From assembly GCA_036172245.1 (NCBI GenBank), contig JAYWIR010000037.1, forward strand, positions 744,001 to 808,000: a stretch of DNA of 64,000 nt, read 5' to 3'. The notes below the pieces were generated by a model that made no database searches, was not told the DNA's origin, and saw only the letters and a program-made list of their open reading frames with translations. Shown in pieces: positions 39,431 through 52,764 of the stretch. Each line of letters opens with the position of its first letter. Position 1 is the first letter of the stretch. The stretch is from Raillietiella orientalis (taxonomy: Eukaryota). The translations under genes were made by a program, and so were the position numbers.

Positions 39431-42400
39431 GGAGACCTGACGAGCACTCGTTCCTTTCTTTGTTTGGGATCGGTTGGTTCCCTTATTCTTCATGGTTCTC
39501 TTCCCTTCAGGAAACCACGGCGGATTCTCACCTTGGTAGCGCGTTCCCCATCTCCGGAAGTCTTTTTCTCGCGTCCCTTCCGCCTCCCTCATTCGCCTTT
39601 CGAGGAGAAGCCTCAGCGGTTTTGTGTTTCCTACTTGGTGTGACCTCTTTGGGTCCCGGACGCGTAAGTGGCGAAAGGCGGAGCAAGGAGGATGCACCAC
39701 AAGACACCAGCATGCCGCCTGCTCGGAGAGCAAAGGTGGCGAGCGAGTCGGAGCTCTCGGCGAACTTTCGTCTTCTTCTTTCAGGAAGCGAGAAACGATC
39801 CTCCATCTCTGGAAGGACTCCCGGATTGTTCCCAGCAGCCGCCCATCCGTACGCGGAGGAACAACCCTTCTCATCACCCCTGGTTGCTCGTGGTGATCGT
39901 GCGTGGGGTCCGGCTCCTGGAACAGACGAAGGAAGGGGGGGCTGACACCTGCGCCTCTGCCTCCTCCCGTTGTGACTCATAGAGGCCATCGGCACTTCGC
40001 CGTCATCCGCACGGTGCCGGACCAAATCTTGCAAGAGATCTTCTCCAGGAGAAGCTCCGCGAGCTGGTGGTCCAGACTTCCTCCCCGCCTCCTCCGCACA
40101 CCGCCGTAGCACGAGACTAGGATCCCCTCCCGTTCGTCTGGAGCCACGGGGGGCGGATCGATGAGCGCCGTTTCCGCACAGTAACTCCGAGATGATTCTG
40201 GCGTCGGATCTCGGGGCAGCTTTCAAGATGCGGCCTTCCTATTGAAGGCCGCATCTATTGGCTCTCCTATTGAAGAATCCGCAGCAACGTAAAACGGCCT
40301 TCGGCGGGGCGCGACTGTTCCCGGAAAACCGACACAAGTATTCCATCTTTTTTTCCCCTCTTGTCCGGGAAATCCCTGGGAAGAAGGGGGCGGGCCAGCC
40401 AGTGAGCCTCGCGGTGCGTCCAAGGAGACGGAGGTACCCTCCTCCCCTTCCGTCTCGAGAGAGACTCGCGCGCGAGGGCTTGAGCGTCTGCGCGCGCGAG
40501 CAGCCGCGCTGGCACACGACGGATGAGCGCGCAGAGGGGCGTCAGCCCGCCTGCGGTCGCACATGCCAGCGGGAGAATCCCCGATGCACGGGCAGGTTGG
40601 GCATCCTCCAGCCGCATCCGTGCCCCTGAAGAAGCCGGCGGGTTCCACCCGCGCTCCGCCTCCTGTTGTGGCTCACACCCAGTTCCCAACCACGCATGAC
40701 CTTTCTTAGGGGAGGGAGCGCCGCCCTCCTCTCCTGGAATACCCCGTCAGGAATGGATCTCCACTCCCGAGCATCCTCCGCGGATCCAACTCCCTGCTCC
40801 TAGGAAGCTGCTCGTGACCGGTTGCCTGTCTCCTCTGTGAGAGCGGCGTGAGAGGAAAGGTCACCGACTTACCTCCTCTTGTTGCTCCGGAGGCTGCAGG
40901 CCGTGCACACGTCGGGCCCGTCCTGGGACGCTCCCAGGAAAAGCGAGTCGCTTCATGCGGGAGTCGTGGAGACGTCCCTTCCATCCACTTGGCTCTCCAA
41001 GATGCGCCTTTTTTGATCCCTGGTCATCCCCCAGGGTATCGGGCGCGCTCTCCTCCCTTCATTTCTCCAACCGTGCGCCCTTAATCTCTAAAGTATGAGG
41101 TAAGAGAGGAGATCGTCTCCATCGATTCCGGGTACCTTCCGCGCTTCGGCGCCCGAGAGCGTTCCCGATCTCCAAAGCTCTTCCGGGAAGAGATTGCCCC
41201 TTCGGGGTTTCTGCGCTCCGAGCATCTGTTCTTCCAGGTAGTCCAGGACCGCCGACCATCTCCAGGATGAACTCTGAGACGGTCGGGGTGACTGCAAACG
41301 CGAGGGATGGGGATGGGGAAGGGGGAAGGCGCATGATTGTCCAAAGTTCGTGTCCCTTTGGAGCTGACCCATCTTTTCGTGACGGGAGGCTGAAAACGGC
41401 AAGGATGGATGGCATTTCCCTCCTCCCGACTTCCCATACTCCTTCTGTCTCGTGGACCTCTTTTGGCGCTCAAACCGGGTCAGGAGCCCGAGGACAGGAT
41501 GAAATCATCATCTAGGAAGCACTAGGAATCTTCTTCCCTGAGTACCAGCTCTTGTACCTTGGGGATGGCGGAAATGACGGGATAAGTCGGAGGAGGGATT
41601 GGGGTAAGGAACCTCCCCTTCCCATCACTCGAGGGAAACGCCAGTCCAGGTCTGCCGACCACGCAGCGCGTGGACATGGCCAGCGGCTCGGGTGCCGGCG
41701 TCACAACCTGTGGATGGTCCAGAATGCGAGGGAGCGAAAGTGAGAGGTCTTCCTCCCCTTTCGATTTCCTTCCCATCTCTGGGGCGCTTCCCACGTTCCC
41801 GTTCTGCAGTAACGCCCGCCTCTCCGATTGCGGAGGGGGATGAGTGGGTTGCTGCCCCACCTGCCTCCTGGGGTCGAAGACATCCTCTCCTCCTGGATGT
41901 TCCGGGTGAGCGGTCCTCTCTCTCTCTCTAGAGAGCGGTCCGGAGATAGGGCTGAGGAGGAAGACAAGCGACTACTTCCTCGCGTCGTTGTTTCCCAGTG
42001 GCTCCCTGCATCTAGCGCGGAACCTGTCTCTTCTATTCGCCTTCTTTCGAGTGCCTGGAACCTCTGGGAGGCGCGAGAACGGGACGAGGCTTCACAAGGG
42101 TGGATGGAGGGAGGGAGGGAGGGAGGGGGGGATCGGCGCATAACACTGGCGGTCACGCGACGTCTGCGTGTTCGCTCCCGGCACGCAAACAGTTGGAAGA
42201 AGCGAGCAGAGGAGGGGAGGAAACGAGCAGCGTCAGGTGATTTCGCAGCATCCAGGAAGAGCGTCGGAAACTCCCGCTGAGAGGGAGAGAGGTCCCGGAA
42301 GCCGAGAGGAGGGGAAATGGAGAGACGGAGAGGCCTGCAGACTTCAGTCGAGCGTACGGGAAGGAGATGGGCAGACGACGGAAGGATCATTTGGATCCGC

Positions 42401-43889
42401 AGTGGTCTCTCTGGGAGCACTATTTGCTTCCCTTTCTTCCTGCCGGAAGGAGAGGGAGAGACCTCCATCGAGAAGCTTCTCCTAAGTGCACGGAACGCTG
42501 CGCCTACTCTGCCGTATTTGGAGGCTGGGAGGAAGAAAAGGTCCTTCACGGCGGTCGTTTCGCAGGCGCTTATGGAGAGTATCCGAACAGAAGACCGTAA
42601 CGATCTCAGGAGGAAAGTGCAGCCGGTGGCGGAGGAGAGAAAGAAGGAGGAGGAGGAGAAGAGGGAGAAACAAGTTACCATGAGACGATCCCCACATAAA
42701 GGGAAAGGTTCCTGAGTCCTGATGGCGAGGAGAGCGGAGTGCGCGGGAGGAGGGCATTCGTTGAGCAATGGTCACTTCCTCGAGCAGCGTGACCCTCTCA
42801 TGAGCATGGCAAGCTTTGGAAAATGAAGAAGGGGAGGGGGGAAGGTCAGCAGTTTCGGAAATATCCAGTTCGGCTGAACTGCCTCCCCTGCTCCACTGAC
42901 TTCGAATTTGCTGCAGTTACGGCGATCATGAGGAGCTGAGGTCATCTCAGAGACGCCTCCCTGTTGAGGTACCCACTCGTAGAGCCCTCCTTGAAACTTC
43001 TTTCTGGGATGCCCCATCAGGAACGAATCCCCTCTACGAAGCATTCTCGGCGGATTCCAGTTTCCTGGCCTGGGGAAGCTGTTCGTGACCAAATTCCTCT
43101 ATCCTCAGTGAGATCGGTGTGCAAGGCAAGGTCACCGGCCGACCTTCCTCCCGGAGGCGGGATTTCTGTGCGGGCACTTCTCATCTGGTGCTGAAGAGGA
43201 TGCCAGGCCCCCGACCACTCGGCACTGCAGACGCGAGCGTATCCAGGGCGCAACTGCCCCTCTCCCGGCCTCGGTAGCAGCCGGAGAAGTCAAGGGAGCA
43301 GTTGGGCGCTTGGGGGAGAAAAGAGGCGCTTATCCCGGTTCTCCAGGGATTGCCCAAGTCCGAACGACTCGGGTGGCTGATTCGGCTCGTCGCTGCGCGA
43401 AATGCCGCGGGAGGGGAGGACAGGGACCTCCACAGAGTGCACTCAGCGGCCTAATCGAATGGGACGGAAGATGGATAGAGTTCCGATGTGAGAGGGGAAG
43501 TCGCGAGGAGCAAAAAAAAAAAAAAAACTTCCGGGATGAGAAGGGGGAAGACTCGGGGAAGGAAATTTATGTCCCAACTTGGAAAGATGGAAATCGACCC
43601 GTTGCACGGGTTCCGTGCCGAACGCAGACTCCGCGATGGACCTCCCCTCTTCCACGCGAGGATCGAAAGGAGGAAGAGGAAGGGACGATCGAGCGCACGC
43701 CCTCGACGTGCTGTGCCCGGGTCCGGAATTCCGCCATTTCCGCTCGCGTTCGAGTCACGTTCAACGGTCGCGGAGCGGTCTGGATCCCCAGAGGGGAGTC
43801 TGAAGGCAGCACGCGAGGACTTCACGGAGGAGAAACTGAGCCGACAAAACGCTGGCGAGAAGCTCCCGGAAACCATCGCGTTTTCTATT

Positions 43890-44160
43890 TGCGACACATC
43901 CAACAACTGCAACACGTACACGTGCTCCCCCGAGAGAGGGATGCTGATTCCCGGTGATAACGCGCGCTCAGGTGTCCTACGAACGCGACTTTCCTTTTTG
44001 TATCCCATAGCGGAATACTGGGGTATGGAAAGGAGAAGACCGGAAGGTGAAGTCAATAGTTTCAGGGAATTGATCTCCGAAGAATCCGATTTGCAATGCA
44101 GCAGGTCGTGAGGCCTGGTCTCGAGGCTGGCCCCTATTATTCTTGCAAGCCTTTGCACTG
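43890..44160 (-). pseudogene. Putative orthomyxovirus PB2-like EVE piece (mid N-terminal region)
   Basis: IGASLET...EINSLKL...KESRVRRT...PGIS...YVLQL versus flu PB2 VGARILT...ELQDCKI...ERELVRKT...GGTS...EVLHL, in one open frame. Confidence 0.4.
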
Positions 44161-44339
44161 ATTTTCCCGCTGCCTTCCGCTGTGGCTTCCCCCGCTCGAT
44201 AGCCACACCGCTTGCGTTTTTGTCCATGCGTTATGACTGGAACTATTGGATGAAAGAGGTCGTCGCTCTTGTTCCTTATCTGCTTAGTCGTGTACCCTGG
44301 CAGCCGCTCGTATGATTAATCATGTCCTTCAAGAAAATA

Positions 44340-44550
44340 ATATGGCGGAGCTAATGCGAATGTAGAAACGAGACTACTTCCTTAGCATTTTGACGGAAGT
44401 GCTCTTCCCAGGGCGATCTGTGAAAAGCATTTATTTCACTTTCTGCAGAGAGGGAGCCTTTTTCCTATCCACAAAGAGAAGGAGAGGGAAGTACCGACTC
44501 CGAGAACAAAACCACTCTGATCCAGGAAATGGCACCTACTGTAGCCCTCT
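44340..44550 (+). pseudogene. Putative orthomyxovirus PB2-like EVE piece, opposite orientation
   Basis: MAEL...ILTEVLFPGRSVKSI...FLSTKRRR versus flu PB2 HADL...VIMEVVFPNEVGARI...LTITKEKK. Confidence 0.45.
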
Positions 44551-44619
44551 TAGCGCGTCGTCGGCTGATGCCACTCATCTGGTTAAGCTGCCAGAACGAG
44601 GATGCAGCAGCGGTATGCC

Positions 44620-44950
44620 GGTCAGTAGCGTCCCACTTTTCGTAAAATTCGATTCCTCTTCGTACAACTGAAAAGGAATCGAATTTTAGGGGAAAAATGA
44701 GGGCGGAAGCTTTGCTCTCGAGGCTCCAAACGGAACCAGGCAATAACCACACCAGCGTTCCCTATATTCATGCGGTTGGTTGTTCGCACCCCCTTTTGCT
44801 TCGCCGTTCCTTTACTGCATTTCTTTTCCACCGCTGAATGAAGCTGGGAGTCGGATTTTCTCTCTTCCACCTATACGTCTCCTGGGCGTCGTGGGTCTCG
44901 TGGGTCGTCGCTGTACCACACAGAAGGTGAGGGATCGAGGGATCCTTCAA
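44620..44950 (-). pseudogene. Putative orthomyxovirus PB2-like EVE piece (extreme N-terminus)
   Basis: TTHETHDAQETYRWKRENPTPSFIQRW aligns without gaps to flu PB2 [27 protein letters not shown] (T,T,Y,R,P,W). Then GSVWS...LIFPL (~GQTLWS...MVSPL). Confidence 0.4.
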
Positions 44951-47714
44951 TGCATCCTGGCTGACGATTTGACCTCCAGCTTACGTACATGGAGGTTGTT
45001 TCTCTCGACTCCCATCTTCAGGTCATATCTTCCTTTCCTGCTTCAGCATCCGCATACGTTACAATGGGACTGCGTAACAACGGAACCAGGCAACAACTGA
45101 ACTAAGCAACAGCGAGCCTGAGCAACAGTGGAGACGGTGAAGTATGAATGCCATTAATTTGCCACCGCATTAAGTCGAATTTCCGATTCGGAGAGATGGA
45201 AAACTAAAAGCAAAAAACCGGACGTTGGCAGCCCCCTAAACCATAAGAAGAAAGGGAAATTCCAATTATGGATAACTGGAGCTATCATTGTGCAAAAATG
45301 AACGCAAGGGGGGCAGGGCGCCTATGGCTCGCGTTTCCCGTTCAATTTTGCGCTCATGGATGCGTTTTCATGCCTAATCTGGACCTAATCTGATAGATCT
45401 GCAGGTCCCCTGTTACTTAACGTCTCCGTGTGTGCGGTGCTCGTAGAGGAACTCAAGAAAATTGATACGCGTTTCACGGGACAGTTTCCAGATTGCCGAA
45501 GCAGCCGACCACATGCCTCCCTCAATGACGGCGGTGCTGGTCACTGCCACCCCTCGCGAGAGCCCCATTCTCCCTTTCTCCTTTTGAATCTCGGCCACTT
45601 TGCGATAGTAATCTTTCCCAGTGCAGCTACACAAACACCAACACGCCATCGTAATTTCCATAAAAAGGGAAAGAAGAAGCCGGCCTTGAAACACGAGCTC
45701 TCGTGAGATGAATTTTCGAATATCCGCCTCCCTTTTTCTCTTCTTGAGAGTATCACAAATTTGGTCGCGTTTTCCTTTCACAGGTTCGATCGATACGAGA
45801 GTGTGAGTAACATTCGTTTACCCCGGAGCCCCAACCTGCACGCTGGGAAATCGAACAGCATCATTTTTCACTCTGCTTTCTTTCATGCCTTCGATATTAA
45901 AGCATAATGAATGTCGTTCTCTCATGTGAGCCAGAACTCTCCACTGACACAAGAAGGGACTCCACGTCTCCGGAAAGTTCCGCCTCGCAGCATTTCATAA
46001 ATTCGCCACACCTGTCGAAGCGAAAATTCGGGATGGAGCTCATGCTGGCGAAAGTAGCCACAGGCACAAATGCACAGGATTCCTGGATCTCGTTGAGCGC
46101 CGTGCAGAAACACGTGCAATGCACAAGAGCGTCTGCGCACACTGGACCCACGGAAGCTTTTGCCGTGCATCTTCCTCTGTGCGAGCCAGTGGGACCGCCA
46201 TGGAGCCGCTGCTCACGAGTGACATCTTCCGCTCTGTGCGTCGCAGCCTTTTTTTTTTTTTTTTTTTGCGCCATCGCGACTGCCCCGTCTGCAGCAGCGA
46301 TGGGCAAGCTCCTTTTCTTTTCTTTTCTTTCTTTCTTTTTTTTTCCCGTCGCAGTGATCGTCGGATGAGACCTGCAGGCGGCGTCTCAGATCGGCACACT
46401 TCGCTGAAGAATTCGACCATGGGGACACTCCGAGACTTTGCGTCATTCGCATTAACCAATAACGTAGGCTTTTAAGTTGACACGTCACGCTAATCATTCC
46501 AGAGCTTCTCCGATGAGGTGGCAGACACGCCTTGGCTCTTGCAGCCGCTTTCCAGGCACAAAACTGGAAGTGCAGAGCGACGGAAATGCAGAATCGCAAC
46601 GCACGCTTGGGATGCAACGTTTCGTTTCTGGCATCCCTAACGCGTCTAACGCGCGAATCCTTCCAAGACGATGCACAGGCGCGTGGTGGCTGCTTGGTGG
46701 TCAATCCGAACATGGCGAGGTGCCTCAAAGATATCTGCTGCAGCAACGCTTTTTGAGGCGAGCCTCCTGCGCCAGGTGGAAAAGAAAAGACGAACCACAG
46801 GAAACAGAAACTCAATGCCTGCCCCCCACAACTGCATCCGCGTTTCTTTTTGGACGTTCGTCTGTACGGGAACGTAGGTATGCGTGCGCATTCGCCCCAA
46901 CATCTGTAGTGGATGCGTTTGGAAGCTGTGAATGCGATACGTGTACTGTACGGGAACTTCAGCTCGCCTGGACGTACGCGAGGTTTGGAATTCAGGATGG
47001 TTTGTGCGAAAGGACAAACCTCTCATCGTCCCCGAACCGACCCTTTGGTCATTTTCGCCATCCTCCTCGACCGACCTCTCTCTGATGACGAAACGGCTCC
47101 CCTCGCACGAGTCTGGACGCCCTCGACGAAGAGGTGGGGAAACCCTTCTTGCAGCGAGGGAGGTAGCAGTGGTTCGCCGATGCTCCAAAACAGTCCCGGA
47201 ATGACGCTGGTGAAAATGGGAAAATGGGAAAATTCATGTTGGGAAAATTCCTTGTCGTCCGTTTTTTTTTCTTTCTTATCCATCCACGTTCTCCTCGACA
47301 CCCTCAGCCAGAAAAGAAGAAAATCCTTCATGACTGAAGCTCAAGATGAGGGAGATCTCAGGAATACAGGGAAGCCGGCTGAATGTCGCGAGGAAATGGG
47401 ACCGAGCGGTGAGACGAAACTGCACCGAAGCCGTTCCTTTGAAGAGCCCGAACTAAGCCAAAGTCGCACTTCTTCCCTTCCCCCTCCCCTTCCTCTCCGG
47501 TGCTAAGCAGGATATCTGAGAATCACCCCTACAGCACGAAGAACGCGCGCGCTGCCACTATGCGGAGTGCGCGAGCGCTCGTGTCCATTCCGGAATGCCT
47601 CGCGTCTTCCCCGCGGAGCGCGCATCGCGAACCAATCAGCCGATGGAAGCTCCACAGATACGGACCTCTGCATCCGCAACGCGATTCTCAGGTGCAAAAA
47701 ACAAAGCGGGAAGG

Positions 47715-47880
47715 GGGATTGGAGGAGGCAAGAAGAAGAGGGAACGAGCTTTCGCTCTTCCGGGCAGAACGGGCGCGTGTCATTACCGTGGGGGCGACAA
47801 GTCCAGAGAGTGGATTCCTGGGCTTCGTGGGTCCGGCAGGAACGGAGTTCGGTCGCGCGCCTGGCGCGGTGCGGGGGAGG
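47715..47880 (+). pseudogene. Possible SH3-domain remnant
   Basis: EARRRGNELSLFRAERARVI..(frameshift) DKSREW..G..FGRAP resembles the SH3 pattern ELS...GE..VI...W..G...G..P. Confidence 0.25.
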
Positions 47881-49319
47881 GGAGAACGGGTGGATGACGC
47901 GTACACGAAGGGGCATGGCATTCGTTCACACTTTCGCTCGCGGCAGGCAGCCAATGGGGGAGCTGCTGGAGGACGGAGGCGACGCGGAGCTTCCCGGTTC
48001 CCAGAAAAATCCCCTTCCCGCCCGAGCCTGAGGGCTCTCGAACGCACTCGAAGTGGGTCCGTGGCGATCCCGCGGGGAAGAGAAAGCTGCGTGCGGCGGC
48101 TCTTCGAGCGATCCCGGGAAGAAAGCGGCAAGGGGGCGCGCGCTCGAGTCGCTCAAGGATGACAGGGATGCCAGCTGCACTGGAGTAGCCACGCCAGCTA
48201 CAGCAAGCGGCCTCGCTTTCCCACCAGGAAAAGGTTTCCTGGAACTCGGAGCCTGGAAGCTGTGGGCTGTTCGGAGTTATGTGTACATGGGAGAGGACCG
48301 CCCGTTACGTGGGCTTCGGAGATGCGGACGCGGCCTGGGTGGAGGGGAGGGGGAGAGCTCCCGAAGGGGTTTTTCGCAATGGAAGCCCACGTCTCCTTTC
48401 CCTCGCTGCCACCAGGGAACTTCCGGAGAAATTTCGAGCTGCTTGGCTCCCGCAGTTTAGTGCTTGCAGTCCGTGGAGGTCAGGGAAAGGGGAAAGGATC
48501 AGGGCCGAGTGACCCCACTCTTTCCCGGCTCCGGCTCCTGGAGGGAGATCTGCAGCGCGCGGAGCAGGAGGACTCCCGTTCATCCTGTTCGGGGAGGACG
48601 CCTTCCCGACACGTTGGTGACAGCCGGGAAGACCCTTTGTGTGGCGCGACTATCGGAGATGCAGCAAGCAGACATGAACAGATAGCCTACTCATGGAGGG
48701 CCGGGGAGGCCCTGCGGGCATCATAGGGTTCGAAACATCGGAGTGTGGTTGCGATCCCCCTGGCGGCGGCAAAGTCAGGCCAAGTCGAGTCTCAGAACTT
48801 CCGCTCCTTGTCAATCGGGTGGGGGGCGACGAGCTCCATGGTGCCCACTAGTCCAGGAAGGAACCCCAGGAAACGCCAGGGTAGGGTCCGCCATCACGAT
48901 CCCTGAGCCTTGGTTGATCCGACCGCGTCTCTGCATCAGCCGTTGACGCTCTTGAGGAAAGAGGGCCTCCATGAGAGACTTCCCCTAGCGCACAGCTGCG
49001 GACCCAAAGCAACTTACGCGACCCTTCCACTTCGCTCTATGCGGGCGGTTGGTAAGCAACGGGGAGAACGGGGGTGCCTCCAGCGCTGACGGCGATGCCA
49101 GCGACTCGAGACGGAGGCGATGGAGCCCGACTTGATCTCACGGTGTCGCAGGGAAATGCGGAGGAAGAGGAGGAGGAGCATCTCTTTTGCAGCGTTGGAT
49201 TTCGCTTGATGCAAAACGGCAAGCCACACCCAGTAACCTCTCCCGGAGGACGGAAGGGATGGAATCGGGTTCCTCGGAGCTCCCCGGATGAGGTCCGAGA
49301 TCCAGAGGCGCCGGACCAA

Positions 49320-49550
49320 CGCCCCTCCCCTTCTTTGCCGTCATCTTGATACTTGCGCTCTACTCGGGCACTTCCTCGAAGCGGGGGACATCACTACCGC
49401 CCATCGTGGTGGAGCGGGAGAAGACCCTCAGGAGGAACGGGCCCGACACGGGACAGGGCACAACCTTCCGCACGTGCTGCTGGGAATACCCTGGCAGGGA
49501 TAGAAGCGTGTCCGTCGCACGGGAGGGCACCTCGGTTCGCCGATGCTGAT
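49320..49550 (+). pseudogene. CARD-like (death-fold) remnant
   Basis: LCRHLDTCALLGHFLEAGDITT / VEREKT / HVLLGIPWQG* resembles CARD L...LD...LL..L...G.IT...LL..LP.RG. Frameshifted. Confidence 0.4.
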
Positions 49551-52500
49551 CCTCAGGGCCTTTCCACGCGGAGGCAACGGCGAGGGGAAGGAGGGTGCAG
49601 CCGCCGCCGCAGCCGTCCCGGAGAGCCGCTCGCAGGGGCTCTCTCGCCCCCGCGTGCGAAGGGCACTGGAACGGCGCCGCCTGAGCCTTGGGAACTTCGA
49701 AGGAGACTCGGGGCCGGTGGGAGCAGACGAGGTCGGAACAGGCAGAGATCGGTCCATCGCCACTCCCTGCTGACTTCTTCATGTATTGGTCCTCCCTCCC
49801 TCGTTTTGTGGGGCTCAGTGGGGTTCCACTGCTTTAGCTTCCGTCCGGCGACGAGGGCTGGAGCACAGGATTGCTTCGGGCGTACTGATCCAGAACGGTG
49901 ACCCCACAAAAGGTGCGTCGCTAGCTACCAAAGTAGGAGCTCCTTGTTCCCCAAGTGGCCTTCCCTGCCTCCCGTTCGCAACGCCGCAAGGGGGCATCCA
50001 AGCACCCCGGAGCTCCGTTTGCGCCGGCCATTGAGAGGGGCTGTCCGTTCTTGGGAGCGCGCGGCCAACACGGCAACAAGGAAACTGTCAACCATACCGC
50101 CGTCGCTGTGGTGCGCAGAGCGTCACGTGCCTTCGCTGCCCCGCGAGGGTTCGGAGAGGAGCGCTGCCGGTTTCCATGTCGGTGCCCACCGAGTGTCTTG
50201 ATCTCCGTCCGAAGAGCAGGAGAGGAGTGGGAATGGGAGGGAGGGGGGGGGAACTGCCGTGGGAAGGAAGGAGGCATCCTGGAAAGTCACTCCTGACTGT
50301 GCGGTACCCAGCTCCCTTCTGCTGACCGCTCTGGAACAGGATTCCCCTCGGAACGGGACGCGTCCACCCACGACCCACTTCCCATGTGGGCGCCGTGTTC
50401 TTTCCGTCTTGGCTCGGGAGCCCAGGAGTCTCAAAGGCGGCCGCATTTGCGCGTGCGCATGGATGCCGCAAGGCGCTGCCTGACCACGTCGTCGGATCGA
50501 TTGGAGGAGCAGCGCGCGGTCCTGACCATCCCAGGACTCAGCCAAGCGGCCTACTGCAGCCTCACTTCCTCGTGCTTCCAGAGGAGAAGGTAAGGAGGAA
50601 GAAGATCGCGTGGAACGCCTCCAGAAGAATCCCCGAGCTGTCCCGAGTCGTTTTCGTGCTCCCGCGCTTGCCGTTTCGCCTCTTAGAGGAACTCTTACGC
50701 TTTTCTCTGGCGCGCGGCCCAGTCTTTGTGGGGGCGTTCACCAGGGGTGGCCGCTTATTTCAAGTTTGGAACCCTGGGAGCCCGCATACCCTCTCGCCAC
50801 GGATGGTAATCTGCTCGGCCGCTTCCTGCCCCACATCCCTCGCCTGCACTTCGGCGGATGAAGGGGTGCGTAGCAGCGCCTTGCGACAGGAGGGTGCCTA
50901 AAGAGACGAAAAATCATCCTGGAAACGCTTCCAGGGGTGCGGAAGGACTAAGGCAGGAAATAAAGCTGCTGATGATTCCCGGTCCGCGGAAAGGACCGAC
51001 AGCATCAAAAGCAAGGAAGGAGAAGAGGAGGAGGGGATGATGACGCAGGAGCTCCGACTCATCCCAGGCAGAAGAAGCAGCGGCAAGAAGGGAAACGCAT
51101 GCCTCCCAGAGAAAGCGCTCTGGATCCTCCCTTCCCGCCGTCCAGCTCCTGCGCGCCTCTCACCGAGAAACAGAAGACGGAGATCTTGATGAGGAGGAGG
51201 AGGAAGGGAGGAAGAAGAGAAATGGGGAGGAGGAGCATGGAATTCGGGGTCGTGGTGAGACCACTCCCTTTTCTTTCATTCCCGCGATCTTCCCTGTGAT
51301 CATTCTAGAAGTTACCGATGTGAGATTTGGAGAGGAGGAAAGGAACGACAGCTGGAAACTTCCAGGAGCGAACGGAAGAGCGCGTAAGGAAAGAGGAGGA
51401 GTCCCAGACAGAATAATTCCTTTCCTTTTTCTACCCGACTTGTGATGCTCCCCTGGCTGCAGCGCTCGCGTGCAGATCCGTGGAGCCACCATGCAGCACC
51501 ACTCTGTGATGCTTGAAAGCCGCCTCTGCCTCCTGCAGTCGGCGGGAAACGGCCTCTACATTGCGCAATGCTCTGTGGGGGTTTCTCTTTCCCTCTGTCC
51601 CGCTTTCTTTGTTTCCTCGAAGGTTCAGTGTCCCAGAGACATCCGCTTCCAGGACAGGCAGGCAGTTCTCGGTCCCGAAGTCTCTGGAGCCAGTCCCTCG
51701 GGAGCGAAAAATCCGAGTCCCTCGATGGGATGGGCAGGTGGGAAGAGGGAGGGGAATCTCAGAAGAATCTGTTGGCTTGATCTCTCCGGGAGTATTTGGG
51801 AGTGTCGCCAGCTCGCTGGGTGCCGTAGAAAGCCGGCAAGTGTAGGTCACAGACGGAATCGGTCAGCGTCTCCTGTCCCCTTCAGCAAGGAGCGATGGAG
51901 GCAGACCGAAGAGATGCCACCTGCAGAGTTCTTCAGGGTGGAAGTGGTCCTCCGAGGACCACGTGCAAACGGCTAGCAAAGGGCTGTCCTCAGTGCTTCC
52001 AGTTTTCCAGTTGTCACAGTTAGCCTTCCTCCTCTTCGCTCGAAATCTCTTTACCTCATCCTCACCTTCCTGGTCGAGGCAGAGCAAGCGAACAGAAAAA
52101 ACAGCAAAGTGCTCGCCCAAAAAGAGGAGTGGCGCTTCCACTTGCCGTTGCAGGATCGGTCCGGAGCACGTGACAGGTCGATGACGCGCGTCGTTACCGT
52201 GGCAGTCGCCGGAAGATCGCTCGTGTGTTGCTACTGCTGCATCTTGGTTACGAGTATGCGAGCACGAGAAGTGGGGACTCCACAGACGGAAGGGCACTGC
52301 CCGACCGAACGGGATGTTCCCTTGAGCGTTTCCCAACGGGAGGCTGCTGGGACACGCGGGCGCGCACGTACGAAGCCACGAAGGAAGATCGCGCGATGCT
52401 GACAATCCGGGAATGTGGGGATCTGGTGGTCCCTTTCGGGAAATGTAGGAATCTTCCACACTCGTCCCCACGCTCCTGACACGGGCGGTCGTACCCTTCT

Positions 52501-52764
52501 TCACCTCCGGCAAGAAGGAAGTGTCCCCTCTCCTTTGTCCTGGACTTCGAATTCCTGTGTCCATCGCAAGAGGGTTAGAGGAATTTCGAATACCAAAACA
52601 AAGGAGAGGGGGACACTTCCACCCACAGAGGAGGGTGCGGCTTTGGGCCCAACGCAGGGGCAAGACGGCAACGCCAAACCGTCGGAGGTCCCCGGAGAAA
52701 AAAGAGGAGCCGAAGTGCCTCCCGCTCGGTGTTCCCCGTCTTCGCGAACGCCTGTGGAGCGACC

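Noticed and set aside
39995..40090. IRTVPDQILQEIFS, F-box-like
   Set aside because: A single short motif, and alternative frames give equally plausible readings.
41701..42768. 355-aa minus-strand ORF
   Set aside because: Low-complexity antisense reading of GC- and purine-rich DNA with no recognisable domain.
45520..45600. KEKGRMGLSRGVAVTSTAVIEG (minus) resembling the PB1 motif [22 protein letters not shown]
   Set aside because: It has 7/22 identities, but the normally invariant core is poorly kept and no other PB1 motifs are nearby. Worth including in a profile search, but not supportable now.
51480..51570. VEAVSRRLQEAEAAFKHHRVVLHGG (minus), NB-ARC-like
   Set aside because: No P-loop GKT/S follows.
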